A stretch of DNA of 64,000 nucleotides, from positions 310,001-374,000 of the forward strand of contig RSEE01000025.1 in NCBI GenBank assembly GCA_003971905.1, read 5' to 3'. The position numbers were made by a program, and so were the translations under genes. Source of the stretch: Moniliella sp. 'wahieum' (taxonomy: Eukaryota). This document shows positions 1-12,256 of the stretch, one piece after another; positions within the stretch are counted from its first letter, which is position 1; every line of letters starts with the position of its first letter. Under the pieces are notes generated by a model. The model had not been told where the DNA came from. It did no database searches and saw only the letters and a list, made by a program, of their open reading frames with translations.

Positions 1-484
1 GCGAATGTGAGTGGTCTCCACCTCAACACCTTTGATCATCGAGATCGCATGGGCATGGGGCGCAATGTGGCCTTGGAGCTTTTTGCAGATGCCATCGATA
101 AACTGATGCGGGGTGACAAAGACAAGCAAGTTGGCGTCCTTGGCCGTCTCGACAGGGTCGGGGCACGCATGAATGTTTTGGGGAAGGGGGACACCGGGCA
201 GGTACTTGACATTCTCGTGGTCTTGGTTGATAATGTCGGTCAAGTTGCGACCTTGGATTTGCTCCTCATATACGTACATCCACACCCGCTCTTGGAACAG
301 GTGGGGGAACTTGCTCACATTCTCGCCAATGATCTTAGCAATGGCGCTGCCCCTGTAGAAAGGAGAATCAAGCAGGTGCGCGTTAGTGTCGGCAATGCTT
401 TCGCAGACAGAGAAACACGCACCAGTTGCCGGAGCCAATGATGGCAATTTTGAACTGCTTGCCGGTGGGAACGATGCCAGACAT
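1..484 (-). CDS. GPD1: NAD-dependent glycerol-3-phosphate dehydrogenase, 5' part (runs off the window start)
   Basis: The minus strand reads [22 protein letters not shown]...[38 protein letters not shown]...[10 protein letters not shown]...AISMIKG, the GPDH Rossmann N-terminus. GT-AG intron at about 353-422 with a CTAAC branch site; one apparent indel near the start. Confidence 0.95.
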
Positions 485-3031
485 GATGGGGCTGCTGAGG
501 AGGGAGGGAGATAGTGTGGGGGGGGTGAAGAGAAGGGGGTTCAGTGATGGTGGGGAGGGGGGTATTTAAATATTCTGGCAGGCTGGGAGCTTGTGAAGTT
601 ACACTGATTGGCCAACCCAATCGGGGCAAGCGGGATAGGGAGGGCAGCAGTGGGGTTGTCATTGGCCGTGTTCCACTCCCATTGGTCCCCCTGTACCGCT
701 CGGCCCACGCGATGAGCGCGATGAAATGAATGAGCGCGATGAGTCAATGGGCTGCCGGACGCAGGATACGAGATGTAAGATGCATGATGCACAATCGCTA
801 CTCGGCGGATGGGCACCTCCCAGATGCCCCCAGCGGCCGAGTGCCCGGCTGGATGTTGCGTTTGGAGTTCGAGGTGCGACGTGGCCGTCGCCGTGGTGTT
901 GGTCGCTCGTGTCCGCCGTCGTGGCAGCGCCCAGTGAGACGCGGCGGCCCACTAGCCGTCGCGCACCTGGTTTGACAAGCCCCGGCGGATCCGGCACACT
1001 GGCCATGTGCCTTCTCGTGCTGGCTCCACTGACCAAGCGTCACGCCACGCGTCATGCGTCATGCGTCGTACATCCCTTCGTCGTCACTCGCCACTCGCAG
1101 CGCGCCATTCAAGCGCCACGCTCTCAGGCTCTCAAGTTTCAAGCGTCGCTGTCGCCTGCCACCCATGGCCGCCCACCAGGGAATCAGCAGCCGCTCAGCG
1201 CGTCCGTCCAACCCGCCCTTTGCTCCGCCCCGGCGAGCGGCGGCATTATGCACACCGGCGGCTCCCACGCTCCCCAACCTTTGTTGCACCGATCCTCCCA
1301 ACTTCCGTCGGCTCCGCGCCACGCAACAGATCGCCACCAATCATTAATCAGATCCAGATTGCGCGTTGTCATCGACCATCATGCATCATGCATTGCATGC
1401 ATCCTTGATGCAGATGGACTCGAGTCCTAGCAAATGCCTCACGGTTCTCTGTTGTTCGCGATTTGCAATCCGGCCGAGAGGAGATGGTTTGGCGGCTTAA
1501 CGATTCACGATATTCACGACTATCGATTATCGACGATCAGCTAATAGTAACGTGTATCGGGTAACCTATGCATTAGATGACCTAAATGCTTAGTCGACGC
1601 AATGGTGCCAGCTCGACTCAAACGATCTTGGTGTGCCTGCCATCGCAAGTAGCCAGTTTTTCCTTCCAGCCGGTCCCATCCTGTCTTGGCTGCTGCTCTT
1701 ATTTTACTCAGTACTCATCCCAGCTCAGCGCTCATCGATCATCCCGCCTGTCGACCGACCCCACATTCGGGTCTTCTCCTATCTAATAGTACTCTCGAGA
1801 CGGTCTGGTACGTGGGCATCGATCTCTGCGATCTCCTTACCATTATTTTTGGCCATCCCACTGCTGGCAATTTTTGTATGGATCCCGAGAAACTTGACGC
1901 TTTCCTTCCCATTGTCCTTTCGGCCTCGGGTCGAACCAGCTCAATGTGCAGGGTTCTCATCGCCACACGGCCTTCGTACGCGGTACTAGTCCGCCACCAA
2001 TACACGGCCCTCGCCTTTCCCCCCCATAACATCAACGGGGGAGGAGACGCCCAGTAGATGTCATCTCACAGAGACTGTTGATAGTGCATTATATGCAGAC
2101 AGGAAAACAGGACCGAGGTGAGCGCCCGGGATACGAAACAGCCACAACAGAGGCTGTCATGTACCATTCTCGCGATAGGCTAGCCAGAGGGCACCATCCT
2201 GGGTATTACTGGTAGCACCAATAGCACTTCTTCCACCTGTAAGCAGCATCGATTGGGAAAAGCCTCGCCAAAATATGCCTGCACCACCTGTCGGTGACTG
2301 CGCCAAGCAAGTCGGAAGGGAGACAGGCAACGGCTAGCTCCATCTCATCCACTTTCGTCCTAGAGGTGCCCACTTTTTCATGCAAGTCTCGAGCTTCTAT
2401 CATGTGGCGGGGATACAAGGGGGAGGGGTGGGGAGCATGCCGTAGACATGTGTGCCCTGTGGGAAAGCGTTGTTGGCCATGCAAAGCACCCCGCTGTGTG
2501 CCCGGCTATTGGTCGCATTGCAACACGTGTGGGCAGAGATACTGGGGATCCTCCGTCGACGGTGCTACCCGCCGAGAGGTGGGATAGATGAGGACGGAAA
2601 TTCTGAAACGGAAGCTCCACGTCCTAATGCCTAATCGGCTTGGACGTTAGCACGGGGGCAGCGGTGGCGCCTGCGCGCCAGCCGGGCTGTCATGCGCCAC
2701 ATACGCACAGGGGCAGTGTGGCGTGCGTCGCGCCAGGCCCAGCCTGGCCCAGCGCAGGCGCCAGCTTCCAGCTTCCCGAGCAGGCAAGTCGGCTGGGCAT
2801 GCCATGTTGGGATGCAGGGGGCACGGCACAGGCCAAACGCCCCACTCGCCCTTCGGCTGCAGACCATCCCACCCAACGCCCCCTCCACCACCGCCGCTTC
2901 CACTTCCCCTGCCACCGCCACACCCACTCCCACCGCCACCGCCCCGTTGCGATGGTCGTACTGACGCCAGCCTGAACCGCCGCTCCCTCGCGCCGCCCAC
3001 AAAAAGTCGGTCCGCAGCCTGACGCGCGAGT

Positions 3032-5764
3032 ATGAGCAGCAGCATGGGCCCCAACCTCTGGCGCAGGACGAGGCGGCGGCCGCGCGGCACTCAATCCTCC
3101 TCAAGATCCACCGCCGCAAGCAGAGCCAGGAGAAGACCGAGCGTGAGTGGTCCGCCCAACAGCAGCTGCAGCTCTCCCCCCAAACCCCGCCCCAATGCGC
3201 CGACGACCACGAGCACCAAGACGAAGAGGGCGACCAACTATCTGACCTCCCCGGCATGACGCGCTCTGTGTCGCTCACTGTACCCGGTGTGCACGCAGCC
3301 TCTCCCGTGCTCCCTCTTCCCGCCACATCCATGACGCCCGCCGAGCGGCGTGCTCATTCCCGAATCCACTCCGTGCGCACTCGCGCAACCTCTCCGTCTT
3401 CTTTCCCCGCCCCGGATCTGAGGCCGAAGCCGAGGCCGACGCCGAGCGCGCCCGCGCTACTTATCTTGCTCCCGTTCACGCACGCACACCCTCCACAGCG
3501 CATGCGCGTACGCCAAGTATGTATCAGCCCCCGCTCGAAACGCCCTCACTTCTGGCACCCCCGCCCCGCGTTCTCAGTTGGGGCTGGGGACGGCTTCGGC
3601 GTATGGACCGTCTGGCCTGGCACGTCATTCCTCCTTGACCCTCTCCACCTCGGCCAATGCTCTAACCCCACCAGGAGGGGGCACGCATTGGAACGATCTT
3701 CCGCGTTCTGGTTCCTCAGATTCCACCACCCACACTGCTTCTTCCTCCCAGACCCGGCACAAACCTCACCCACACCGGGCTTCAGTCATGTACCAATTCG
3801 AGGCTACACCTCCATCCTCGTCACTGGGGTGCCCGGCAACAGCAATGGCGGCCAACATGCCCGGCTCATCGTATCCTACCCAAGCTCACGAGCACGACCA
3901 CCACGACCATAGCCACAGCCATGCTCATGTCCACACCCCAGAAAACGACGAGAGTCCTGCGATCCGCTTGATGCAAGCGGTCCCAACGGGTTGGTCCAAC
4001 CGCATTGTTCCCTTGCTGCGCGGGCCCGCAGGGTGGGCGGGCTGTGTTTGGTACGATTCATTTCCTTCTGGGGGGAGCGCTGTGGGTGCTGGGACAAACC
4101 CGAGACTCGCTCGCACTGGCCGGGCTGGGGTACCTGGTCGTGTTTGATGCGATGGGCATCTGGTCCGATGTGGTTGCCTACCTGTCCGAGGGACCTACCA
4201 CGCCACCTCCCGTGGTTGGAGTCGATGGTAAAGCACGAGCGAGCGCGTTGCTCCGGCCCTATGCCCGAACAAGGGACGAAACAGTGTGGCAATTTGCCCA
4301 AGTGGTTTATCTTTTGTTTGCGGGCGTGTATGTGATCAAAGAGTCGGTCGAACATGCGCTCGTGGCGGGTTCGACGGGCCACGATACCGCCGCCCTCGGT
4401 GGCGGGGAACACCATGTGACCCCCCATGCCGAGTCCGAGGTGGGTGTAGAATTGCCAACCAGTATGATTGCGCTCGCGATGGCCATGTGCAGCTTTGCGC
4501 TTTTGGTCTTGCGCAACCATGCTTCTCTCTTGGCCGCATCGGGAATGAGCACAGCTGCTGGAGGCTCCTTGACGGGGCAAGGCGCCAGTCATCGGCTCGG
4601 GCTCCGTCTTGGGCAGCGCCCCGGGCGCAGTGGTGGCTGCTCCCGTTCTAGCTTTGTTGGCCAACCCATTTGGAGCGATGGTGCTGTTCTTTTCAGCTTC
4701 GTTGTTGGTTGCTGGGCTGGCTATGCCCCAGGCGCAAGTAGCTGCGCTGGATAAGGTCCTGGCCCCTCTGGAAGCGGTGGTAATGCTCTCGATTGCCTCT
4801 CCGGCTGCCAAGCAGCTCGGGCTGGTTTTACTCCAGAGTCCGCCCCCGCCCACTGCGGGACCGTATGTGCAGCTGGTCAAGGCGCTCCAGCATCTGCAAG
4901 ACCATCCGCTTGTAGTGTCCATCCCTGCTCCCAAAGTGTGGCAGCTGAGTCCGCCGGCGGCGGGTGTGATGTCCGGGGCGGCAACGGGCAAGGGCGTGAT
5001 TGCGAGCTGGGCCGCCGCAAAGTGTACCCCCGGTCCATCCGTCGCTCGTTGCTCACGTTACTGTGTTTCTTCAGCCCGAGGCGAGCGTGAACGATGTGGC
5101 GGAAATTACCCAGTTGGCGTGGGAACGTTGTGCTCCAGCTGTGGGTGCGCTTTCGTTGCCCGGCCAGCAAGTTCCCGCTACCCCCGGCACTCGTCTTCGT
5201 GGCTCCCTCCGAGCAGGCGAGCTGCTGGTCTCTGTTTCGAGGTGGGGGGCAGTAGAGCAATTGCGAGACGAGCTGGGTGCCAGTGCGATGGATCATCATG
5301 GTAATTGCGGCCATGACCACGACCATAATCACGACCATAATCACGACCACAATCATGGCTATGATCACGGTCATGACCATGACCCTCAGTCCCACTCCCA
5401 TCCTCAATTTTGCGGGTTCGCCGGCCATGACCACGGCCATTTCCACCCCTCCCCTCGTACCAGCGGGCATGGCGCTGAGCAGGAGGTGCATGGGCATGAT
5501 CCATACACCCCCATCCCTTTGCACTCCTATACCCCTGGCACAGAACAGACTTACCACTCGCATCATGAGCCTGCTTCTGCCGCCTCGTCTGCACCTGGGC
5601 TGCACACGACCTCTCCCGCACCACACTCGCTTCAGGCTCATGCAACGCTCAGCCCTGCCTCCAATGCCCATGCTCCGGCCGGTGCGCCAAGTCCACGAAC
5701 CAGTGGGGTGGGGACCCGGAGGCACGCCCGCACCGAGACACAGATTGGAATGTCTTGGCTCTAA
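3032..5764 (+). CDS. Cation diffusion facilitator (zinc transporter), Zrg17-like; frameshifted
   Basis: TM segments FLLGGALWVLGQTRDSLALAGLGYLVVFDAMG and PYARTRDETVWQFAQVVYLLFAGVYVIKESVEHAL are typical of fungal Zrg17-type CDFs. His-rich tracts HEHDHHDHSHSHAH and HDHDHNHDHNHDHNH. Spread over several frames; start is uncertain. Confidence 0.7.
5311..5385 (+). repeat. Imperfect 6/12-bp coding repeat (GACCATAATCAC-like) encoding a His-Asp/Asn tract
   Basis: ccatgaccacgaccataatcacgaccataatcacgaccacaatcat is visible directly. Confidence 0.85.
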
Positions 5765-6602
5765 AAGCGAGGCTACCTACGTTTCATCATGCTTACTTGT
5801 GTTTCCACACAGAGCTGTTTTTATTATTGCCTTTGGGCAACGCCATCTTGATATCTATTGTAGAGACTGTCGTTTCTCCTCCTATCGGACGCTGGAGAGC
5901 TGGCAATGCACAAACAAAAACTCTGTCCTGGGGACCGTGGTAGGCCGTAGGAGGCGCAAGGCGCGGTTAGGGGGTACAGGTGATGGTATTCGTTGAGGGG
6001 CAGATTTGGGATGGCAGTGGGTGGTGGAAGAGTTAAAGCCGACGGCGATGTGGTCGATTAGTGTCCAGCGTGCCTGTCGATAGACGGTGAACCGGTCAAG
6101 CTTCAAGACCGCTTCCCACAGTCTTGTCTGGCGGAGTGGCGAGTGACGCTCTCAGGAGCTCCGATGCCACTGGGTTAGGAACGCAGGGCAAGAGAGGCTG
6201 TCGAAGCGGGGCATATTCCTATGCCTGTGGCTCTGGCTCGTCTGGCGCCTGCCTGTGCGTTGCACCGCGTGCGCCTGTGCCTGCCTGCCTTGCCCACCCC
6301 CTTGCCGCAGGCACCAGGCAGGAGACCCCGTGCAGCCACAGCGGCGAGTGGCGCAGGCCGATCATGCTGGTCACCGGCCATGCATCATGCATCCCACCAC
6401 AGGAGACGGCTGCATAGCTTTGCGCGCCCAGACACGGCGCTTGGGCCATATACCATCCGGCGCATCCACTCCGCCGGTGCTCGGCCGGCAACGCCTGCGC
6501 CGCCTGCTGCTCCACTTGCGGGTGCAGATGCGGTGCAGCACCACCCACGCGCCTGCTTTGTTTCTCCCTTTCCCTCCCGCGCCCATCCTGCCCGCCATCT
6601 GC

Positions 6603-9600
6603 ATGGCTGCCACCGCCCACGAGCCTGTGCGTCTGCGCACCCAGCTGCTCAACCTCAGCTGCGCACCCACCAGCCCGCTCCTCAGCCCCAGCCCCCCCTC
6701 CCGCCTCTGGCCCCTGCCTCTGGCCTCGCCCTCGCCCTCGCCCTCGCCCTCGCCCAGCATGCCTCCTACAACGGGCTCCAGCACCAGTCGCGAATCCTTT
6801 GCGTCTGCGCTGGCCCTCACCCCCGCCCCAAGCCCCGCATCCGCCCGCCCGTCCCACTTCTTTTCGCCCATGCCCTCGCCCTCACCCTCACCTTCGCCCG
6901 CAGCCCACACCACCCAACACCAAACCCGCCTCAACGCTCCTCGTATTTATCCTCCACAGCCCTTAGCCCGTCCCACCATCAACTGCCTCCCTCCTTTCCT
7001 TCCCCGGTCTCGGTCCCAATAGCAGCGCGTTACGCATACAACATCCCGCCGCTCTACTCTCACCCCTCGTCTTCAGCCGAGACTGGCGTTCCAGTCCCCC
7101 CGGTAGAGAATGCAGCCAAACCAGCGCCGGTCGCCCCGCTGCCCCTCCACCCCCGGTCTGGTCAGGGTTCGTGGCCTATCTTATCCTCGCAACCCCAGTC
7201 CGCTGGTGACGACAGTCTCCGCCTGGGTAGCTGCCCTGGCCAACATCGCCCGCATCGGTCCAAAACTAAAAGCCGGCGATTGAGGAAACACAAACGACAG
7301 GAGCAGGTCACCCCCCGAAAATGCCTGCGCCCACCAGCCAGCACGCCAGTGAAATACAGCCCACCGTTTTCCCATCCCTCCGCCGCCCCTCAGAAAACGC
7401 TTGCACGTATCCCACCTGCCATCCAGAACGTTCACCTGCTCGCCCAACATGCAACAGAGGCGGTGCGCGTTCTGTCTCGATGCCAAACTCGCCTACGGGC
7501 TCCACCCAGAAACTTGCCGCCGCCCATCATGAGGGGACCAAAAAGAGCACTCGTAACCTCATCCGTGCGCTTACGCGAAAAGGGAAGGCCTCATCCACCG
7601 CCACCATGGTATCTGGAAGAGTTGACAACCCAGTTCCCGGTGCGTTAAATTCTGTGGCTTTGGGGGTGATTTGACAACCCTGCTAACGCCTCTCTCACCC
7701 AGATTGTTCCCTCTTTCCTCCGAGCCTGTTACCAACCGCCGCTGGGTCCAATAGTGCAACGGAGAGTGCAACGGAGATGGTGGCCATCACGAGCAAAGAG
7801 TCCGTAAAGGACCAAACCTCTCCTCCAACAAATGCGTTGTCAAACAACGAATTAGCCACGGTCACACCCAAAAACCGTGCCCATAGAAATTCCCACGACC
7901 TCGCGCGCTGGGCCGGGTTGCGACTCATCTGATCAGACGCACCCATGTTGTCGATGCTGAACCGCATCAGCACGTCTCCTTGCCCCCTCCCCCTCTGAAG
8001 CAACTCCCACGGTAACCCCACCCAGCAGCACTGGCGCCATTCGTCGACTTCCTCCCACAGCCAGGTCTGGCCAGCGTGCCTCGCCCAAAAAACGGGGGTG
8101 TTCCAGGCGGCGTAAGAGCGTCTACTCGCTGCTGGACTTTGCCCGCCCAACCGTAGATGAATCGGGCGGGGACGGTTTGGTGGGGGGCGCAGAACCGGCG
8201 CCGTGCCGACGAAGGTCGGTCGGTGAACCTGGGACACCATCGTCCGCACGTCCGCGACCTCAGCGGAGACACACTCCCTCCAGCGGTCGCTCTCCAAGCC
8301 GAGGTGTGCAAGCACTCCATGCCTTGACTCGAGCTACCTCAACCACGCCTTCCGGCAGGCGCTCGGCAACGAGCGATAGGCAGGACGTCACCCAAAAACG
8401 CCCGTCCTCTTTTATTGTGACTTCTGCTCACCGTGTCCCTCGTCCTATGCCGATGACCGCCCCCTCAACGCCCAATCGTAATCCTAGGTTGAGTCTTCCT
8501 ACTCTTCTGAATATCTCCCCCTCAGGAGACCAGCTGAAGCGCCCCCAATCCGTCAGTGCAATCCATGCTCTGACCGGAGTAGACCCAGCTGTTAAAGCCC
8601 ATTCTACGCTTCTGCCCCCCGAGCCATCTGGCTTCCTCGTGGGTTCCTGGAAGAACTGCACCGGATACGGTCAGATGGGACAAGCGCTCTAGGTTTGACC
8701 TCGACCGAGCCGCTTCCTAGCACGCTTCCCTTGGCTGATAATAGGTCCGTATCACGGCCGTCCGGATTGGATTCATCCATCTTCTCATCCCGGTGGTATC
8801 CTGAGAACGCACAACGTGCCTCATCGGAGGCTGAAGCGCGGGACAGTAGTAGCCGGCTTCCGTCGGCGCCTGTTCCGACTGCAAAGTCTGTCCGCCCGCC
8901 TGTTCACAATCCCATTGCCAAGCCCTACACTTTCCCACTGGCCACGGTCACCTTACCCAACATGGGGAAGCATCACTCCTTGTCGGCCAGTCCGGCCACC
9001 GCTCTTCCCTTGCGGTCGCTGTCGTCCCCATTGAATGACACAAAGCCGCATCTCCAGCCCCTACAATGGCTAGTCTCGATCTCAGCCAAATATCAGACGA
9101 TCAAGCGTTTTTAGCCGTGTTGGAACGGATGAGAAGCTTGCATCGCGCCGCGGCGACGACATCAGTCTCGCCATCGGCTGTGTCGAGTGCTATGCTAGCT
9201 CGGAGCGAATCTACCAGGAGCGAATCGAGTCCCTCGCCTTCCAACACGACCGCCTCTACAGCCTGCTCTAACTTCTCCACTGCCGCCAGTCGAACTCTGT
9301 CGGACTCGATCCAGGCCATCCCCTGCTCTACGTCGATCGGCACACCGGGCGCAGCCGTTCCCATTCCTGATATTCCAACCAAGTACCTCACCGGAGGGCA
9401 CTCGCTCATGGTCCATACCGAACACCCTGCCCCAGCCACCAGGCCCGTTGGTTTGCGGCGCTCGAGCAGCATACGCGCGCCTTCCCCATCATCCTGGACC
9501 CCAGCTCCGTGTCCCATTTTGGTTCATGTAGGCCAGGCATCCGGCCAAAACCAACATGGAGGTCCGCCAGGAGGTGCGTTTGGGGACGATGGAGCGTGGC

Positions 9601-10519
9601 GCAAGGAAGTCCGGGCGCTTTTTGTGCTACGGGAGCTGGCTGTGACAGAACGGTCGTATTGTCGCCATTTGGAGGCGCTCTGGCTTGCGGTTAAGGCGAT
9701 TGAAGCCCGATCGGGGGCTACGTCCCTTCCCGTGCATCTCCGTTCTCTTTCCGATGTGCTGCCCATGTTTCTCTCCATCTCCCAAACCATCTCGGAGAAT
9801 CTGCGCGCCGACTTGACCGCCTCAGGAGTTGCTGCTGCCTTTTCGGCGGCGGCACCAGCGATGGAGGCTACCTTTGTAGCTTGGTCCTTTGCCTTGCCCG
9901 ACATTTTGACTGGCCTCCGTACCGTTGAAACAAGGATCGCCCGAACCTTACCCGTCCCCCATTCGGTCCCCGCCTATTTCGACGCGCACACTTGTTTCCC
10001 CAAAGGAAGGGAAGGAAGCGTCCGACGCACTCGACATGGGTTCCCCCCAGCGTCGCATCGCGCTGTATCGCATCGGTTTGGTCCGTCCTGCCCCACTTGC
10101 CACAGCAGAAAAAACCGATTCGTCTCAAGGCCCACAGTCACCTGCCGACGAGCCCGACCCGACCATGGGTCGGCCCTCCGGGCAGGATTTGAGCACCTCC
10201 TCCCATGGATTCCAGGAATCCAATGCCCCCGCTGCCGCTGGCTGCCCGTTGGGACCAAAGTTCCTTTCGGCCCTCGACATTGTCATCATGCCGTACGTTC
10301 ACTCCTCACCTTGTTGCGTGCCTGTTGGGACAGTGTTGGTGACTAACGCGCCGCTGTTTTCGCCCATTAGGACGCAACGGTTACCCCGCTACATTCTGCC
10401 TCCGCGACCTCCACAAAGCCACTCCGCCTGGCTCGTTGGCTTCGGAGCAGGTTGCTCACGCACTGGCCATTGTTGAGCGCCTCGCGGCGCTGAGCGACCT
10501 TGCCTCGCTCACGTATTAG
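6603..10519 (+). CDS. Rho guanine nucleotide exchange factor (C-terminal DH domain, long Ser/Pro-rich N-terminus); frameshifted
   Basis: DH motifs LFVLRELAVTERSYCRHLEAL and LSALDIVIMP|TQRLPRYIL. Introns at about 7640-7702 and 10293-10370 (GT..CTAAC..AG); stop TAG at 10517-10519. Linking the N-terminal part to the DH domain is an inference. Confidence 0.7.
6724..6754 (+). repeat. (CTCGCC)n hexamer microsatellite, about 5 units, encoding Ser-Pro
   Basis: cctcgccctcgccctcgccctcgccctcgccc. Confidence 0.85.
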
Positions 10520-12256
10520 TTCCCGCAGATTGTTGGCCGTATCACGTCCACATCTCCCTCTCACTCACCGACCAAAGACGTATATACCCCCTGTCTTCCG
10601 CTCTCTTCTTTTTGTTACCTTCTTTGCGTCCCGCCCTGGCCCCACCAACACATATACCACACATATATTGTTTCGTACCCTTCCCCTTCGCCACACGAAT
10701 CCGCTAAAAAGGAGAAGGTTCGATTCTGCCGCTTTAGGGTTCTTGGTGTGTTTGCTGGTATCTCTTTGGCCGGACCACAGTGCACCGACTGGATATAGTA
10801 GCTGGTTCTTGTAGAGGCTTCCCATTCCTTTTTCAATGCCCAATCCTCCTACTCCATTCCCTTGGGCCACATCCCCACACGACGACTTGTCAGCATGACA
10901 CGTTCACTGGGTCACTCCGAGTCTTGGTTGGGGAGGCGGGGGGTGACTGTGGCCTTATGTGGGTAGCACGACCCAGCGAATTTTCTTGCCCAGAGAGGGA
11001 GGTGCGAGATGCTGTGCCGCGGTGGCACGTGAACGGACACGACGGATGCCTGCGGCGATGCGACTGACGGGCGGGGGGATCGGAGCGCTGAGCCCGGTAG
11101 AACGCTGTGCGTAACTTATTTTACCCCAGCCTGGCCAGGCCCCCGGGCGGACCCAAGGAGGAGAGTACGTGCCTAGACTGCCGCTCCCCCATCATGCATC
11201 ATGCACCATGCACCATGCATCACACTCGTCCTGGGCGGGGGGATCGGCCGTCGGCGGTGTTGCTCCGTCGGTGTGGGATGCAGATCGGTGGTGCGATGCA
11301 TGATGTGTATGGTGATCGATGATGGATGACCGGTGGCGCTGTATCACGTGCGTGTCACATGTGATGCCATGTATGTCACACGCCACAGCAGGCACAGCGG
11401 CCGCAGCCCCGTAAGCGCGTAAGCGGAAAACGCAGCTCCTTCTATTTGTCCACCCCACAGCCCCCATCTCGACCTAAGGCCTAAGGCCGAACCACAACTT
11501 GAAGCCAGACCGAGCCTCGGCCTCAGCGCCTCAGCGTTCAACCTCAGCACAGACACCACCCCGTGACACGCTTGAAAGCAACAATTAACGGTAATGACGT
11601 TACGCGTTATGCGTATAAAAATCCTGACACTGCGCCTTCTTCGGTTCTGGCGCGTGCCGTATATACAGCTGATGCAATCCATTGATACGGGTCACCGGTC
11701 TCACCGCCCCAGCGCCCACTATATATACCTGACGGTTCGGCGTTCGGCATCATGTTTCGCCAGCTGTGCCTCTGCCGGGGAACCCCCCTCTCCACAGATA
11801 CCAAAACGCCGCCGCATCCGCTGCCCCAGCACCGTCATCGTCATCCATCTTCTCACGTCCCGCAGCCGCATCTCAGCACATTTCCTACACACTTCCGACG
11901 GGCGGCACACATCACTGCCCGCCCGCCTTTTTTTCGCCCTCGCGTCGCACCAACTGCTGCGCTCCGACGATCGAGAATGGGTGTAGTGCAATCGAGCCAC
12001 CAATAAAAGGTGGTTGACTAGTGACTCCTGTGGCTTGACGTGTCCCCCCGAGGATCTCAGGTCTCTCAGGCGAAAGCATAACATCACACACTGCGTTTAC
12101 CCTGTACGTCGCACATACGGCCCAATCCCGCTTCTCGCTGTTTTGCTATCGCCGTTCTCTTCCTCCCTCCCCCCACCACGGCCTCATCAGTCGTATATGG
12201 TATTGACAGCTACCCAACGACACGATTCCTAGCATTTTCCTATCGACATCGCGCAT

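Noticed and set aside
2340..2365. GGACGAAA / GATGAG on the minus strand as a hammerhead ribozyme core
   Set aside because: It lacks the intact CUGAUGA core and the required stems.
6221..7648. Many long alternative-frame or antisense ORFs (e.g. 6221-7648, 3876-4991, 20385-21557, 52873-53964)
   Set aside because: These are shadow ORFs of GC-rich coding DNA or frameshift chimeras, with no independent motifs.
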